DNA of 62,440 nt, counting the filler, from Diploschistes diacapsis (lineage: Eukaryota), in the NCBI GenBank assembly GCA_023645945.1. It is 8 parts of 8 records of this genome, joined end to end, with 100 filler letters (N's around TTAATTAATTAA, not from the genome) between each part and the next. Parts side by side here need not be neighbours in the genome. Positions count along the whole stretch, not along the records: positions 47,509 to 52,430 come from JALAIB010001634.1; positions 52,531 to 57,439 come from JALAIB010001635.1; positions 57,540 to 62,440 come from JALAIB010001636.1; 5 more parts are not named here. One strand, written 5' to 3'. Each line of letters starts with the position of its first letter. The first letter of the stretch is position 1. The notes beneath the pieces were generated by a model. That model was not told the origin of the DNA. It ran no database searches and saw nothing but the letters and a program-made list of their open reading frames with translations. Made by a program: the position numbers and the translations under genes. Shown piece by piece: positions 47,509 to 59,389 of the stretch.

Positions 47509-49009
47509 ATTTAAAACACGATTCTTAAACATGCGATCTAGAAACGCTACGTCGATATTATTTAACTAGACTCGCGTGTAAACTATAAATTATATACGTT
47601 AAATAAAATTATTTATGGAAAAAGGCCTTTTATTAATAGTATCTTGTGCCGGGTGTTTTAATACTTTGCTTAAGCTCGCCTCTGACTCCTGTTAACTATG
47701 TGATTCTAATCCGCTCGGTTAATTTTAATTTTCGTTATTATTTACTATTTCTTTCAAATCTGATATACGTTCTTTCCGAAATGTTCTAAAACCTCGATCT
47801 AACGTTCTTCTTCTTCTTAATGCTCCAAGAGCTGTTCTCGATGATTCAACGGGTTCTTTAGTAGCTTTATCGCCTTTTAATTATACTCTACGGTTTCTAA
47901 CCGATGTTCCGCGACCTTTTATTATTAAATCACGATCTCTATTTTCGGATTAATTAGGTTCTATAAATACTTTAATTACGGGACCTAGCTTTTACGGTAA
48001 AGAAGAGTTCTTAGGTCTTCGCGCACCCCTGCCTGAAGCTGAAACTTGCGTCGCTTGCTCTTCCGACCGAGCTGTTCTAGCCTTCTGTTCCTTTGGAAAT
48101 CTTTTATGTCGTTCTTTCGGCGATTCTAAGCGCTGATGGATCTATAAAATATCATCCGTTTATTAATGAATCGATATATCCTTTTTCTTTTTCTGTTTTC
48201 CGGTCACAGCTTTAATACGCGAATATATTCGAAGAAAAAACGACCTTTAAGGGATTTTATTAGTTAAATATAATAATAAAGGTTCCGATTTTTCACTATA
48301 ATTGTCTTAGAACTTCGGTCTTGTTATTCAGCGTCTGTACCGTTCCTTTCTATACTTCTTCTTTGTATTAAAAGTTCTTGTTAGATTAAGCATAAAAAAA
48401 AGAGAGTTAGGCAAACTTTAAGACTATATCTTGTCGTTTAGTTAAGAAGTTGCGATTACCGTATGGCTGTTTTTAATTGGATGTAACGAGAAGAAATACG
48501 GGATTGAATAATCTAATCTTTCTAATAAACATAATTCCTAAATAAAACGTAGGACTATAATTAATAATTTTTATAGATAGATATAACTTAAAATATCCGA
48601 TTTTGTTCGCTAAGCGAAACTTGGTCTAAGTTACCCACCTATAGGTCTATCGGCGTCTTTTTACTTTTATCGCCGGCCTCAGTACGCTTCTCGTACTATC
48701 CGTCGTCTTGTTATATACAAAAACATCAGCAAAAGTAAAGAACGGAATGCGCCCTTTAACGAATTATAAAAGACGAAATAAACAAAGACGCTTCCGTTAT
48801 ATAAATAACGAAGATATTCGGATTATGTAACGAGAAAGTATTTAACATATTAATAGGCTTCGAAGATTATATTAAGTAAAAGCATCTCGTTGATACAACA
48901 AGATTAAACGAGTTCATATTTTTATTAACAAATATAAATACTAACGACGCAATCTAATCTTTTATGCTTAAACATCCTTAATTTTATTTACCATGGCCTG
49001 ACCCCGACC

Positions 49010-50200
49010 TTAAGATACGTATTTATCTATAAGATAACACATGTCCTCGTATGCCCTATATCTACTGTCAATTTCAGAAAAACTCTTTAATTCGCTCATC
49101 AAGACTCACGTTTACCGCACAATATTTCCTTTATAATATGCGGAGTGTATCATGTTCATCTTTATACTATATAACCTGTTTTTATCATTCTATTCGTCCA
49201 CTGGCTCGCTGAATAAGAAAGTATTTAAATAAGCTTACGTATACATTTCTTGATTAATCTTATGCCGGACACAACGCCATATTCCTATCTTTATTTCGTT
49301 ATGCGCATAGTACGCTCCTGCGTCGAAAATCTTAATTTCATTATTATCTACTATATCAATATTGCCCTCCCAAAGATCTCCGTGGATCAGACACGGTTTG
49401 ATTTCGCGACCGTCCTTCTAGAGCACCTCCAAGAACCTTAAAATCACCTTAATGAGTATCCGTTCAAAAACCTTTTTAAATTCTGACTACAATCTATTAT
49501 TCTTTAGGTTCAAGCGGAAGGCGTCGTTTAGTAATTTCCCAAAGAACGAAGCCCAATTACTATCTTATTGTATAACTTGCTTGTATCTTTTATAAAACGT
49601 GGGTATATAGAATCCAAATTTCCTTATCGGCGACCGACTAAATCTGTGAAGTTCTACGATTTTGATATAAAGACGTAATAGATCTAGAAGTCGATTATCC
49701 ATGTTCACGAAGTCGCAGAAAAGGAAATATTTGTCCATGTCCGGAAGCTTATATTTGCCCCAGCATAATAACTTCGGGACAAGAGATGGCATTATATTGT
49801 ACAATTCCGACATGGTATTGAATTCTCCTTCTATCATGCCTCGGCCGGCGTCATCGGTAGCGTATTACCAACGTGATTAGTTTGTCATAAGATAAACGAA
49901 GCATTCCATATCGAGAATCTGATTTTAAGAAAGTAAGTCTTCGATAAATGATTTAGACTAATGATGCTGATATGAGCAGTGGCCGTCCATACCGAAAAGC
50001 CAAAAGTATCTACAGATTCGACTATAATTTTTAATAAAAGTTCTTTACGATAATGAAACTTAGTTCTTCATATCAAATCTTATTAACGTACGTGCAATCA
50101 CTTCTTCATTCAATAAAAAATCCCTTTTCACTCCTACGTTTTCTGCGTTTACTGTTTTTTCGACCTTTTCCTATCTTAAAGCATCGATTATCGTAGATAT
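49010..50200 (-). pseudogene. RIP-mutated fructosamine-3-kinase / ribulosamine kinase family gene
   Basis: MIEGEFNTMSELY..VPKLLCWG..YFLFCDF..ELHRFSRSPIRKFGF, KPCLIHGDLWEGN, FDAGAYYAHNE, SEPVDE*NDKNRLYS and AYEDMCYLIDKY. In-frame TAA/TAG stops fall where Gln or Trp would be expected. Confidence 0.85.
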
Positions 50201-50469
50201 GATTAATAAACTTTTTATAATATCTACTCCGCTTATTCTTTATATAAATACTATAAGGCTAACAATTATTTTACGTACACGTTAAATTAGGTCCTATACA
50301 AAATTATATGTGCATTTTCTTAAGTTAACAACGCACATACACCCCTATTATGTAACAATTATGTATTATATAATATTAAATCTTACTTTTCTGCTTGCAT
50401 TTTAGAGCTCGTTTCCAGAACTTAATGTATCGCTTTTTAAAATATCTAAATAATTAATATTTATATAGC

Positions 50470-50900
50470 CATCTTACGACACTGTCGCCTGCCCTACGCG
50501 CCTTATGTTTTACCATTTCTCCTCCCTCGCCTGCTTCTTTTGCTACTTTGCTTACTTTCTTTCCTCCTTCTTTTATTTCTGTACTAATAATTTTACAACT
50601 TTCGCCGTCTTTACCTCGTTCGCCGCTACCTCGTTCGCCGCCGCCTCATTCGCCGCCGCCTCGTTCGCCGCCGCCTCGTTCGCCGCCGTCTCGTTCGCCG
50701 CCGCCTAATCCCTTACCGCCCTCGCCGCCATACTCGCCTCGGCCCTTTCCTTTACCTTCGTTCTAATAATCTCTTATTTCCGTCGTTTACCTGCCGTGGT
50801 ACTTATAGACGAGCTTAAAGAAGCTACGCTCCCCGACGATATATTACCCGTTAACGAAGACCTAGTTCTTCACGCAGTCGCGAGTTTTAGGAAAAATAAA
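50470..50900 (-). pseudogene. RIP-mutated ORF remnant containing a 15-bp tandem repeat, (AAANE)x6 at 50614-50706
   Basis: Minus frame EGKGKAEASMAARAVRD*AAANETAANEAAANEAAANEAAANEVAANEVKTAKVVKLLVQK*KKEERK*AK*QKKQAREEKW*. The stops are consistent with CAG/CAA to TAG/TAA. Confidence 0.55.
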
Positions 50901-51060
50901 GAAAACCTCGCCGTCGATAAGATAATATAACTTACGCTACCTTAAAATACGCAATATTTCGTAACTTATACTTTCGAAACGCATATAATTCCATCGAGAA
51001 CAGGCTCGTAGCGTTTAAAATCTTACGTTCTTTTATTTTTTAAATTTATTCGAGCTCGGA

Positions 51061-52248
51061 ATAGGTTTTTTAATTAATCATAATATTTTATCAGATTCTA
51101 ACTCCCCCGACCTTTATTTTAATCATCTTACGCCGGACGAATATATTAAAATATAAAGAAACATTTCGATTTTTTAAAAAAACTTATTAACGTTATTAGT
51201 CTATCTTTTAGAATCGTTATATTTAAGAATTATACCTTTTATAAAAGATAACGAAATGATTATCTAGATTCTAATTAACGAAAATACGGTGCCGGATAAA
51301 AGACCTATTTTTTGCTCTTACGAGAATTTCCGTAAGCGTTCGTTAACCAATAATACCGACGGCAATATCGAAAATAATATGATTTATGATATCGTTAATG
51401 TCTTTTATCTTCCGGAATACCGACGTCGAGGCTATATAACACGCTATATAAAAAAGATAACTAAAGCTTTTCGTAATTAGCAGCCAGAATATAATAAATG
51501 TATTAATAATATATTTTATTTAGATATTAAAAAAACGTATTATATAAACTTAAGATAACATTTTAATTCTATAAATTCACACGTTGTTTTATAACTTTTA
51601 AAAAGCCCGAAATCGACTTTAACCGAAGATATTATAGATGGAAACCTCTTAAAATTCAACATAAAAAACGAACAATTGGTTTAGAAAGCTATAACAATAC
51701 CGGCGAAAGTGAATAAACGTTTAATAATCGTTTTAAATCTTAATCATATACTTTAACATATTATAAAAAAAGATTTCGCCACCGTGCATCTTTTCGAAAA
51801 GATAGCACGAGTAAAAGGCGCGATTGCGGATCTTCCAGGAAATCAGGTATAAACAATCTAAATATACCGCTATTATAATCATCCTGATGCTAAATTTTAT
51901 AATAATGTATTCTATATCTTACGACTTGTTATAAAAGGCGAAACCGTAAATAAATCTTTTATTACAGAGAAAAAGGAACAGCATGTTATAAAACATAATA
52001 AGTAGAATAATTACTTAAAAGCTGTTTTACAAGCCATTCAGGTTTAAGCCGCGGAATAGAAGCTCGATCATGTTAAGCTTTAAGATCCTACGCCAACGAT
52101 TCGAGCTATGATAACATAAACCGAGATAGAACATTCCTTTATCGAGCGGAAGGAAGATAGTATCGCTAGCGATCTTTAATACGATGAAAATAATAAAATA
52201 AATTTAGCGCCGCTATAAATTAACAACGAGCATTTTACGTGATTATGA
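51061..52248 (+). pseudogene. RIP-mutated GNAT lysine acetyltransferase (LYC1-like)
   Basis: Begins at ATA (presumed former ATG). Contains DSNSPDLYFNHLTPDEYIKI*, PDKRPIFCSYENFRKRSL, GNAT motif A VNVFYLPEYRRRGY and a C-terminal EDSIAS..L*Y..P L*INNEHFT*L*. Confidence 0.8.
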
Positions 52249-52430
52249 TAAGATTTCATAAGGCATTTATAGTACAGCTTAGTATTGCTGAGATATAATA
52301 AGTAATAATACACGCCGTTAAACGGCATTATTAGACTATAACAAGAAAAGTTTGTCATATGCGTAGTTATTTTAAGTTATTTAAAATTATTGATAGTATC
52401 CGAGGCACGTAATCGAGGTCATATTAATAT

Positions 52431-52530
52431 NNNNNNNNNNNNNNNNNNNNNNNNNNNNNNNNNNNNNNNNNNNNTTAATTAATTAANNNNNNNNNNNNNN
52501 NNNNNNNNNNNNNNNNNNNNNNNNNNNNNN
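52431..52530. other. Artificial contig spacer
   Basis: 44N-TTAATTAATTAA-44N. Confidence 0.98.
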
Positions 52531-53108
52531 GGGTGGGAGTGGGGAGAGGAGCAGGGCGCGCAAGGGTGGTGGATTATGCCCACCCCGAGTTTGTTGGCCG
52601 AGCCTTCGAGGCCGAGGGCGTACATCTTCGAGAGGGGGAGGTGAAGTAGGGGTGAAGGTGGGAGACGGGAAGACTGTTAGGTGATATGTAATTGTAGACT
52701 TTCGTTGTGTCTTTCGTGGTGAAAAGTGATTTGAAGATGTAGTAGGTTTCTTTAATAACGAAAGTAACTCTGATCGGGAAGCACTCCGGTCCCACCAAAA
52801 AAGCGCCCAGTCAAGTTCTTATCGATAGGGCTGCCGGATTGCCTTCCGAGCCGCTAGAAAGTCGATACCAAGATGGGGGTGCTCCCACCAGCTCCCCTCG
52901 ACTACATTCAAATAATCAAGCTTACGATTTCTATCCTTTATTTCCATATCTGACGAATAAGCATTTTTGCTCGCACTGTTCTCTGAACTACTAGTTGAAG
53001 GTATATCTGAGAAGATCATGTCGTTCTCCAAACTGCCTAGCACTTTTCCTTCCACCAACGTGAATATTTGAACTCCAGAATAAAAATCGACGTTCATCAT
53101 TTTTCATC

Positions 53109-54804
53109 ATGACTGCCCATCATGATTTCCAACAAAGGTCCGACGTCTTCATGGAGTGGCTCCGAAAGCAGGAAGGGGTCACTATCAGCCCCAAGATAGC
53201 GCTCGTGGACCTGAGAAGCCAAGGGCGAGGTCGAGCTGTCGGTACGCCCATCTTTGCTTCCCATGCTTATTCTTGTGCACCTAGTCTGGCACATGCAGCC
53301 ATAAAGGTCGCGAAGCTGACCCAGCCCATGCAGTAGCCAAAGAAGATATCAGCGATGACGAGACGCTCTTCGAGATACCTCGGTGGCTGATCATGGACGC
53401 CAAATCCTCGGATCTCGGCAAATACATCTCCCTTGGCTCCCTCGAGCCGTGGCAACAGACTGTGCTCGTTATGATATACGAGTCTGGCAAGGGTAAAGAG
53501 TCGCGCTGGCATCGTTACTGGCAAGTCTTACCGAAGCGCATCGATAATGTTCTTGTGAACTGGTCGGACCAGGAGCTCAAAGAACTACAGGGAAGCGCGG
53601 TGCTGAGTAAGATAGGCAAAGAGGAGGCGAATGAGACCCTCAAGAAATCTTTGCTTCCGCTTGTGATGGAGAACGCAGACCTGTTTGGCATTCATGCACG
53701 GAGCTTCAAGAGTCCCCATGCTGAGCAATACTTGCTGGAACTTGCCCACAACATGGCGGGGGTGATGATGGCTTATGCTTTTGATGTTGATGAAGATTTA
53801 TTCATGCTTCCTGATGGCTCGCATGACGACTTGCAAGTAGAAGAGGATGATGCTGATGATGGTAGTGGTGGTGATAACGAAGACGATGAGGAAGTCAGTG
53901 TCCTAAAAGGAATGGTGCCTTTAGCGGATATGCTGAATGCTAGCGGAGCCAAGAACAATGTAAGTAGTTCTTCCACCCACCTCCCCTCGATGCTCACTTC
54001 TTGCAGGCTAGCATCAACTATGGAGAACGCGAGCTAATCATGGCTTCAAACAAACCAATCAGAGCTGGCGACGAGATCTTCAACACTTATGGTGACCTCC
54101 CTCGCTCTGACCTATTGAGGCGGTATGGATACATTAACGATGACTATGTCCCATACGACGTGGTAGAAATTTTAACTTCGAAGATCATCGATACCGTTAA
54201 GTCGAAGTTCAAGTTGAGCGAAAAGGAGATGACCTTTCGAACGCAGGAAGATCGCTTGGGTGTTCAACGGAAACTTGAGCGCTTACTTCATGCCTCTGAT
54301 GCGGCACAAGAAGGATACGAAGCTGGCCTCTTCGACGATGCTTACGACATTGCGAAAGATCCTTCAAGCTGTGGCTCATTTCCACTCCCCCTCATCTTCA
54401 CGATATGGCTTCTCGTAGCCGATGAAAAGGATACCAAGGCATTCAAAGCCTCCCCCTCATCTGGACCAAGGCTAAATCTGAAAGTGGCTTCAGTACTGAG
54501 GGAAGTATTAATGGATCGACAAAAAGAGTATGCCACCTCCATCGACCAAGACAGACAGCTTTTGGAGCAGCCCGACCTGCCCATAAGACAGAGACTGGCC
54601 ATCGAGGTGCGGCTGGGCGAAAAGGAAATACTTCACGAAGCCTTGAAGTATTTAAGGCGAATGGACGACAAGTTGCCCGTCGGTCATGAAAACTGGGAAG
54701 ACTCTTCGCCATCAATGACTTACCTTAGCGGTAAGAGCGTGACGATAGACAGCAGCATAACTAACAAGCAAGAAAACAGAGCAAAGAAAAGGAAACTGAA
54801 ATGA
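53109..54804 (+). CDS. SET-domain N-lysine methyltransferase (Rkm4/SETD6-like), 3 exons
   Basis: FMEWL..ISPKIALVDLRSQGRGRAV|VAKEDI..LFEIPR, MAYAFD, GMVPLADMLNA, GDEIFNTYGDLPRSDLLRRYGY and LAIEVRLGEKEIL, with a basic C-terminal NLS. Introns ~53242-53335 and ~53960-54007. Confidence 0.9.
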
Positions 54805-55206
54805 ATACACTGTGGATGAGCAAGTGGCTATTTCTGATGGTTGACTCGCCATGAGCCTGATGCTCCTCAATTGCAAGGCTTTCTAATATACATTGGCCAT
54901 CTTGGTCCACCATACCTACTGTATCCACTGGCTACCTCACTTCTACCACTTGGGCGCTCCGCAGTGCAAGGCCACAGCTAGACCAGGGGAGCTCGCTTCA
55001 TGTGCAGGCTTGTTGAGCAACTGAACAAATAACTGATCTCGCTAATAGCTGATGACCTCCATCAAAAATCGAAGCTGCTATTCTCGGACATTCGAACAAC
55101 GCTGGACCGCCCAGGATGGATTCGATAGATGTACTGGAATCCGATTATTGCATCAAGGGTATCATAAAAAAAGCTGAAAAACAAAATGCTAAACCGATAA
55201 AGGATC

Positions 55207-57229
55207 TCAAGAGGCCGCTGGAACATCCTTGGGAGTGGGAGAGGGAGCAGAAGGATTCGCACTGGCCTGACCACCGCTGGCCGCTGCTTCTATCTGGGTA
55301 TGTCTGATTGTCTGAGCTTGTGGATGTGGCGCCGAGTTGCCAGAGATGGCTGCTCTGTAACGCATGTTCTGTATATCGAAAGGATTGACTACGGTGGGTT
55401 CTTCCATCCCGTCGCTGTCCGCGTCGAACTTCCACCGCTCGAGACTAGTACGATCGAGTTGCTCCTTATTCTGGACATGCAGGCCTCTTCGGTCGATGAT
55501 CATGCGACCTCCACGCCCGAGTCTCCTGCGGTAAGAGGGTTGATCTCCAGTCGGTGACTTGCCGCACTCCATGGGCGCAAATCGAAGCGATATCGGGGAC
55601 GATTCCTTTATGCTCTGGAATTTGTCGATGACATTCTCCGAGATGTCCATGCGGTCCTCCGACTGGCGCGAACTTGAAGCGGGCGGAGTGGGGAGATACT
55701 CGGTGAACGCTGGGACGAAGCTTGAGTCGAAAGAGCCGGTTGCCGGAGGCGTGAGCGGAAAGTTTGTCATGTCGATATAACCGTCGTTCCACTTCTGGTG
55801 CTGCAGCTTCTTGAGCGCGATCTCGCGGGCAACCTCCCTTTCCTTCTGAAGGCGGACGTCTTCGAGCTTGACAAGTTCTTGCTCGGTCGTCCTGCCATCC
55901 GGCCTTGGGACGGGCCTTGGCTGGCCAACGGCATTGGGCTGAGTGATGACTTGAGGAGGCTTCTTCTTGGGTGGCTACAAGTGTCAGCGCAACCATCTAA
56001 AGAGTGCGAGAGAGATGTTACTAACCTTCTGGTTGATCAAGAGGTCCTCGTCCCCTTGGTTGTACGGCTCGCCAAGGGTACGCTTGCACTGTCGGAGAGC
56101 TGAACGCTGCTCGAACAGCTGTCTTTCTACGGCAAGTTGCTCTTTCTTTGTGATTTCACGTTGTCGCACCAGTGCCACCAGCTGTCTTGCCTCTTCCAGT
56201 TCTCGTCTCAATTTCTTGAGTTTCTCAACGCCCTGTGCATCTCTACCGCGGGTCTTGCGGACTTGGCGGACCTCACGTCTCCTGAAGCATACGTATGGAT
56301 CGTTGTCATCGGTGTCGTTGGTGCTGTCCATGATCTTGAGTTTCAGACCCGGATGGATGGGAACGTTTCCGTTCTTTTCTCTACATGCTTTCCAGTGCTC
56401 GTATATGTCCTTTGCGAAGATACGCACGGGCTCGTCGATGTTCTCATCAAAGGCATCCTGCATTTCTTCCCACGACAGAACGGGCGGTGGTTCACCCACA
56501 GACGAGAATGGCTGCTGTGTCCTTGCCGTCTCTTCGAAGAAGTTCATGGCTTCCTCGAACTGATCCTCGGTGCAAAGGGTGGATGCATTCCTCCTCTGAG
56601 CAAGCCTCTCATTCATTTCTTTAAGATACTTATCGTCGTCCTCTGTCATGTTGTACGGACAGCCACAACAGTCCTCTACGGTGGAGGAAGAGCGTATGTA
56701 AGTGGACGGCTGGGCAAACTTGAGTTGGTACAGCTGGGAATAGGGAATGCTGCTCTGTGCCGTTTCAGGCGTGGGGATGTACACCTGGGCAACACTGCCG
56801 CCGACAGCGGCCGCCTTCGAGGCAGACAGAACTGCTTGGAGATGGTGTTCCTGCACATGGTGAGTAAGATTCTTGAATATCGGTTGTGCATTCAATGTCT
56901 TTTGGTCAAGGGCGGACGAGGCCGGAAGCCAAGTATGATACGGAAAAAGTAATGTTCCGTGATCTTGGCGGCTCGAACGTGAAATTTCTGGTGGATTGCG
57001 AAGGCAGAAGAGATGAAGTGGAAGAGGGCAAAAGGGTATCAGAAGAGTGTTTCGGAGGAAAACTGACCGATTCTTCATGTTTTTCGACACCGGTTTCTAC
57101 TTTTTGCTGGCTTTGTTGGTCGCCCTCGAGCGTTTCCAGCTCCTTCTCGCCCTTGATGACCTGCAGGGCGAGCCTGGTGCTTAGTTTTCGCTGCCGGAAT
57201 CGCTGGCTAGTGACCGGGCGAGGAGCCAT
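55207..57229 (-). CDS. EPL1: Enhancer of polycomb-like protein 1 (NuA4 subunit), 3 exons
   Basis: FRQRKLS..VETGVEKHEES|EHHLQA..YIPTP..QPSTYIRSSSTVEDCCGCPYNMTEDD, DPYVCFRRREVRQVRKTRGRD and YRRRLGRGGRMIIDRR. Confidence 0.95.
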
Positions 57230-57439
57230 GATGGCAGATGCAGGTTATTTTGTGACCATGCAAAAGAGGGTGAAAGTGGTGCAAATTACATTAAAAACCT
57301 GACAGTTTGAAAGCTTGTCACATGCGATTGATGAAACTATGGCCAGACACGAATTATTGATGGCTTTGGGGTGGTGTTTTGATGGAATGTGTTTTCTTGC
57401 TTCTGTTGCGCTGGTATCGTGTTTTGGGCGGGTTTGGGG

Positions 57440-57539
57440 NNNNNNNNNNNNNNNNNNNNNNNNNNNNNNNNNNNNNNNNNNNNTTAATTAATTAANNNNN
57501 NNNNNNNNNNNNNNNNNNNNNNNNNNNNNNNNNNNNNNN
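57440..57539. other. Artificial contig spacer
   Basis: 44N-TTAATTAATTAA-44N. Confidence 0.98.
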
Positions 57540-59389
57540 GCTCGCATCCCCCGCAACGTCCTTCGAGTTCCCCTCGATCCCCGCCTTGTCCGCATCCCCC
57601 AACATCCGATGCTCGACATTGACCCTCGGGCCCTTGAACCACTTCCTCGCGTCCACCACCCACCACACCATGGCCCCCAACATCGGCCCCCCATAAACCA
57701 AACAGGTCCAGTTCATCTGCTGCGCGTCCAGATCCCCACCAATCAGCGCGGGAAAACACATGATGGGCACCATGAGCACGATAAATGTACAGGCGCTGAT
57801 GCCAATAGGGCGGGAGTATCTTCCGAGGTTCCACGGCCCGGGCCGGAAGCGGTCGCCGACGAAGAAGATGCGGATGAAGATGGGGATGGTGAAGGCGACG
57901 AAGGCCGCGACGGCGCCGATGGAGAAGATGGCGGAGATGGCGTTGGTGCCGCCGAAGATGAGGAAGGTGATGAGGATGCCGATTACGGCGTTGAACCAGA
58001 CGGCGTTGACGGGGGTGAGAGTCTATGGGGAAAGCACGTTAGGGAGGGTATGTGAGGGCCCAAAGTGGGAAATGGGGAGGTCGAAAGACAGAGAAAGGGA
58101 GCGTCGAGGAAGGAGTAGCCCACAGTCTTGTTCACCCTGCTTATCCACCAGCTACAAGGGAAACACCCATCTCTTGCATAAGCAAATGTTACACGAGACG
58201 CGGCAACCATGCAGCCCTGCCCCATGCTAAAAGCGCAGACGATGGTCAACGCCAAGACAGCAATGGCCGCGTTCTGCGGCAGTACCTGCAGTAGGTACGC
58301 GGCCCACGGCTGACCCAGGTCGCTTTCGATAACGCTCGAAATATCGATAACCGTATAGGCAACCACCAGCTGCAGGAACCACCCGCAAACCCCTCCAATG
58401 CCGGACGTAAGGACGATGGCTCGCGGGGAGGCAATGTTCGCGTTTGAACACTCCTCCGACAGATGCAGGGGGCTGTCGAAGCCACTCATCGTCCAGATAG
58501 GACTTACAAAAGACATTAGGACGCTGATACCCGCAGGCCAATCAGTGCCCTCGTAGATGTTGCTCCATACGTCGCTGCTGGCGGTGAACTTGGGGAGCCC
58601 TTGCTCTACCCGGTTAGTAGCGGAGGGGATGAGGACGATGACGATGAACAGAGCTATGATGTTGATGGTTGAGCCGACGCTGTTGAAGTTTGCGATCCAT
58701 TTTGTGGGCATGCTGGATACACAGCCGTGGACAAGCATGATGAGGGTGGTGAGGAGAAAGGTCTGGTAGTTTGTAGGGGTGTAATTGGGGTTGTTGATGG
58801 AGGCCGCGGCAAGGATCATAGCAGCGACTGGGGGACACAGCTGTCATTAGCGTGACTTGATTTCTTCACGGGATAAAGGCTGTTCTTTGTTGAATCGCTT
58901 ACGAGCGTAGTCGACAGACGGTGCTGCCGTCACTTGACCAAGCCAGTTACTCCATCCTGTTACCCAAGCTGCCAGCGGCCCCCATCCTGGTGGTGCGAGC
59001 ACTGCAGATGCATAATACAAGCCTCCACTGGTGGGCATGCTGCTAGCAATCTCTGCCATACCCATTGCCACGCACTGGATAAACATCATCGCAATCAGCC
59101 AACCCCAAACCATGCCCGCCGTGCCGGCATAGCCCAACCCAAAATAAAGAGTGCTGGCGAAGGAAGGTAGCAAGCCTAGGACGGCGAATGACACGCAGAA
59201 CGTCGTCCAAAGTGAGAATTCGCGCTTGAACTCGGGCTTGTAGCCCAGGGCTATAAGCACTTCTTCGTCGGCGGTTAGTTCGCGATTGTATACGGGAAGT
59301 TCGTCGCCGCCGTGGACGGAGGTAAGCTGATCATTCGCAACAGGCTTTTTGCGCCTCGAGGAGGCGACGGAGAGGTCATGGGTGGCCAT
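57540..59389 (-). CDS. APC-superfamily amino acid/GABA/polyamine permease, 3'-partial, 3 exons
   Basis: LGYKPEFKREFSLWTTFCVSFAVLG, MAEIASSMPTSGGLYY, WTMSGFDSPLHLSEECSNA, SRVTFAYARDG, TPVNAVW and MNWTCLVYGG..ARKWFKGP. The stop codon lies beyond the contig end. Confidence 0.93.

Noticed and set aside
49010..52248. Premature stops rescued by A-to-I editing or readthrough
   Set aside because: Stops are numerous, of all three types and accompanied by pervasive missense transitions; RIP explains them better.
52819..53100. 93-aa minus-strand ORF head-to-head with the SET gene
   Set aside because: Starts 8 bp from the SET ATG, leaving no promoter space, and has no recognisable motif.
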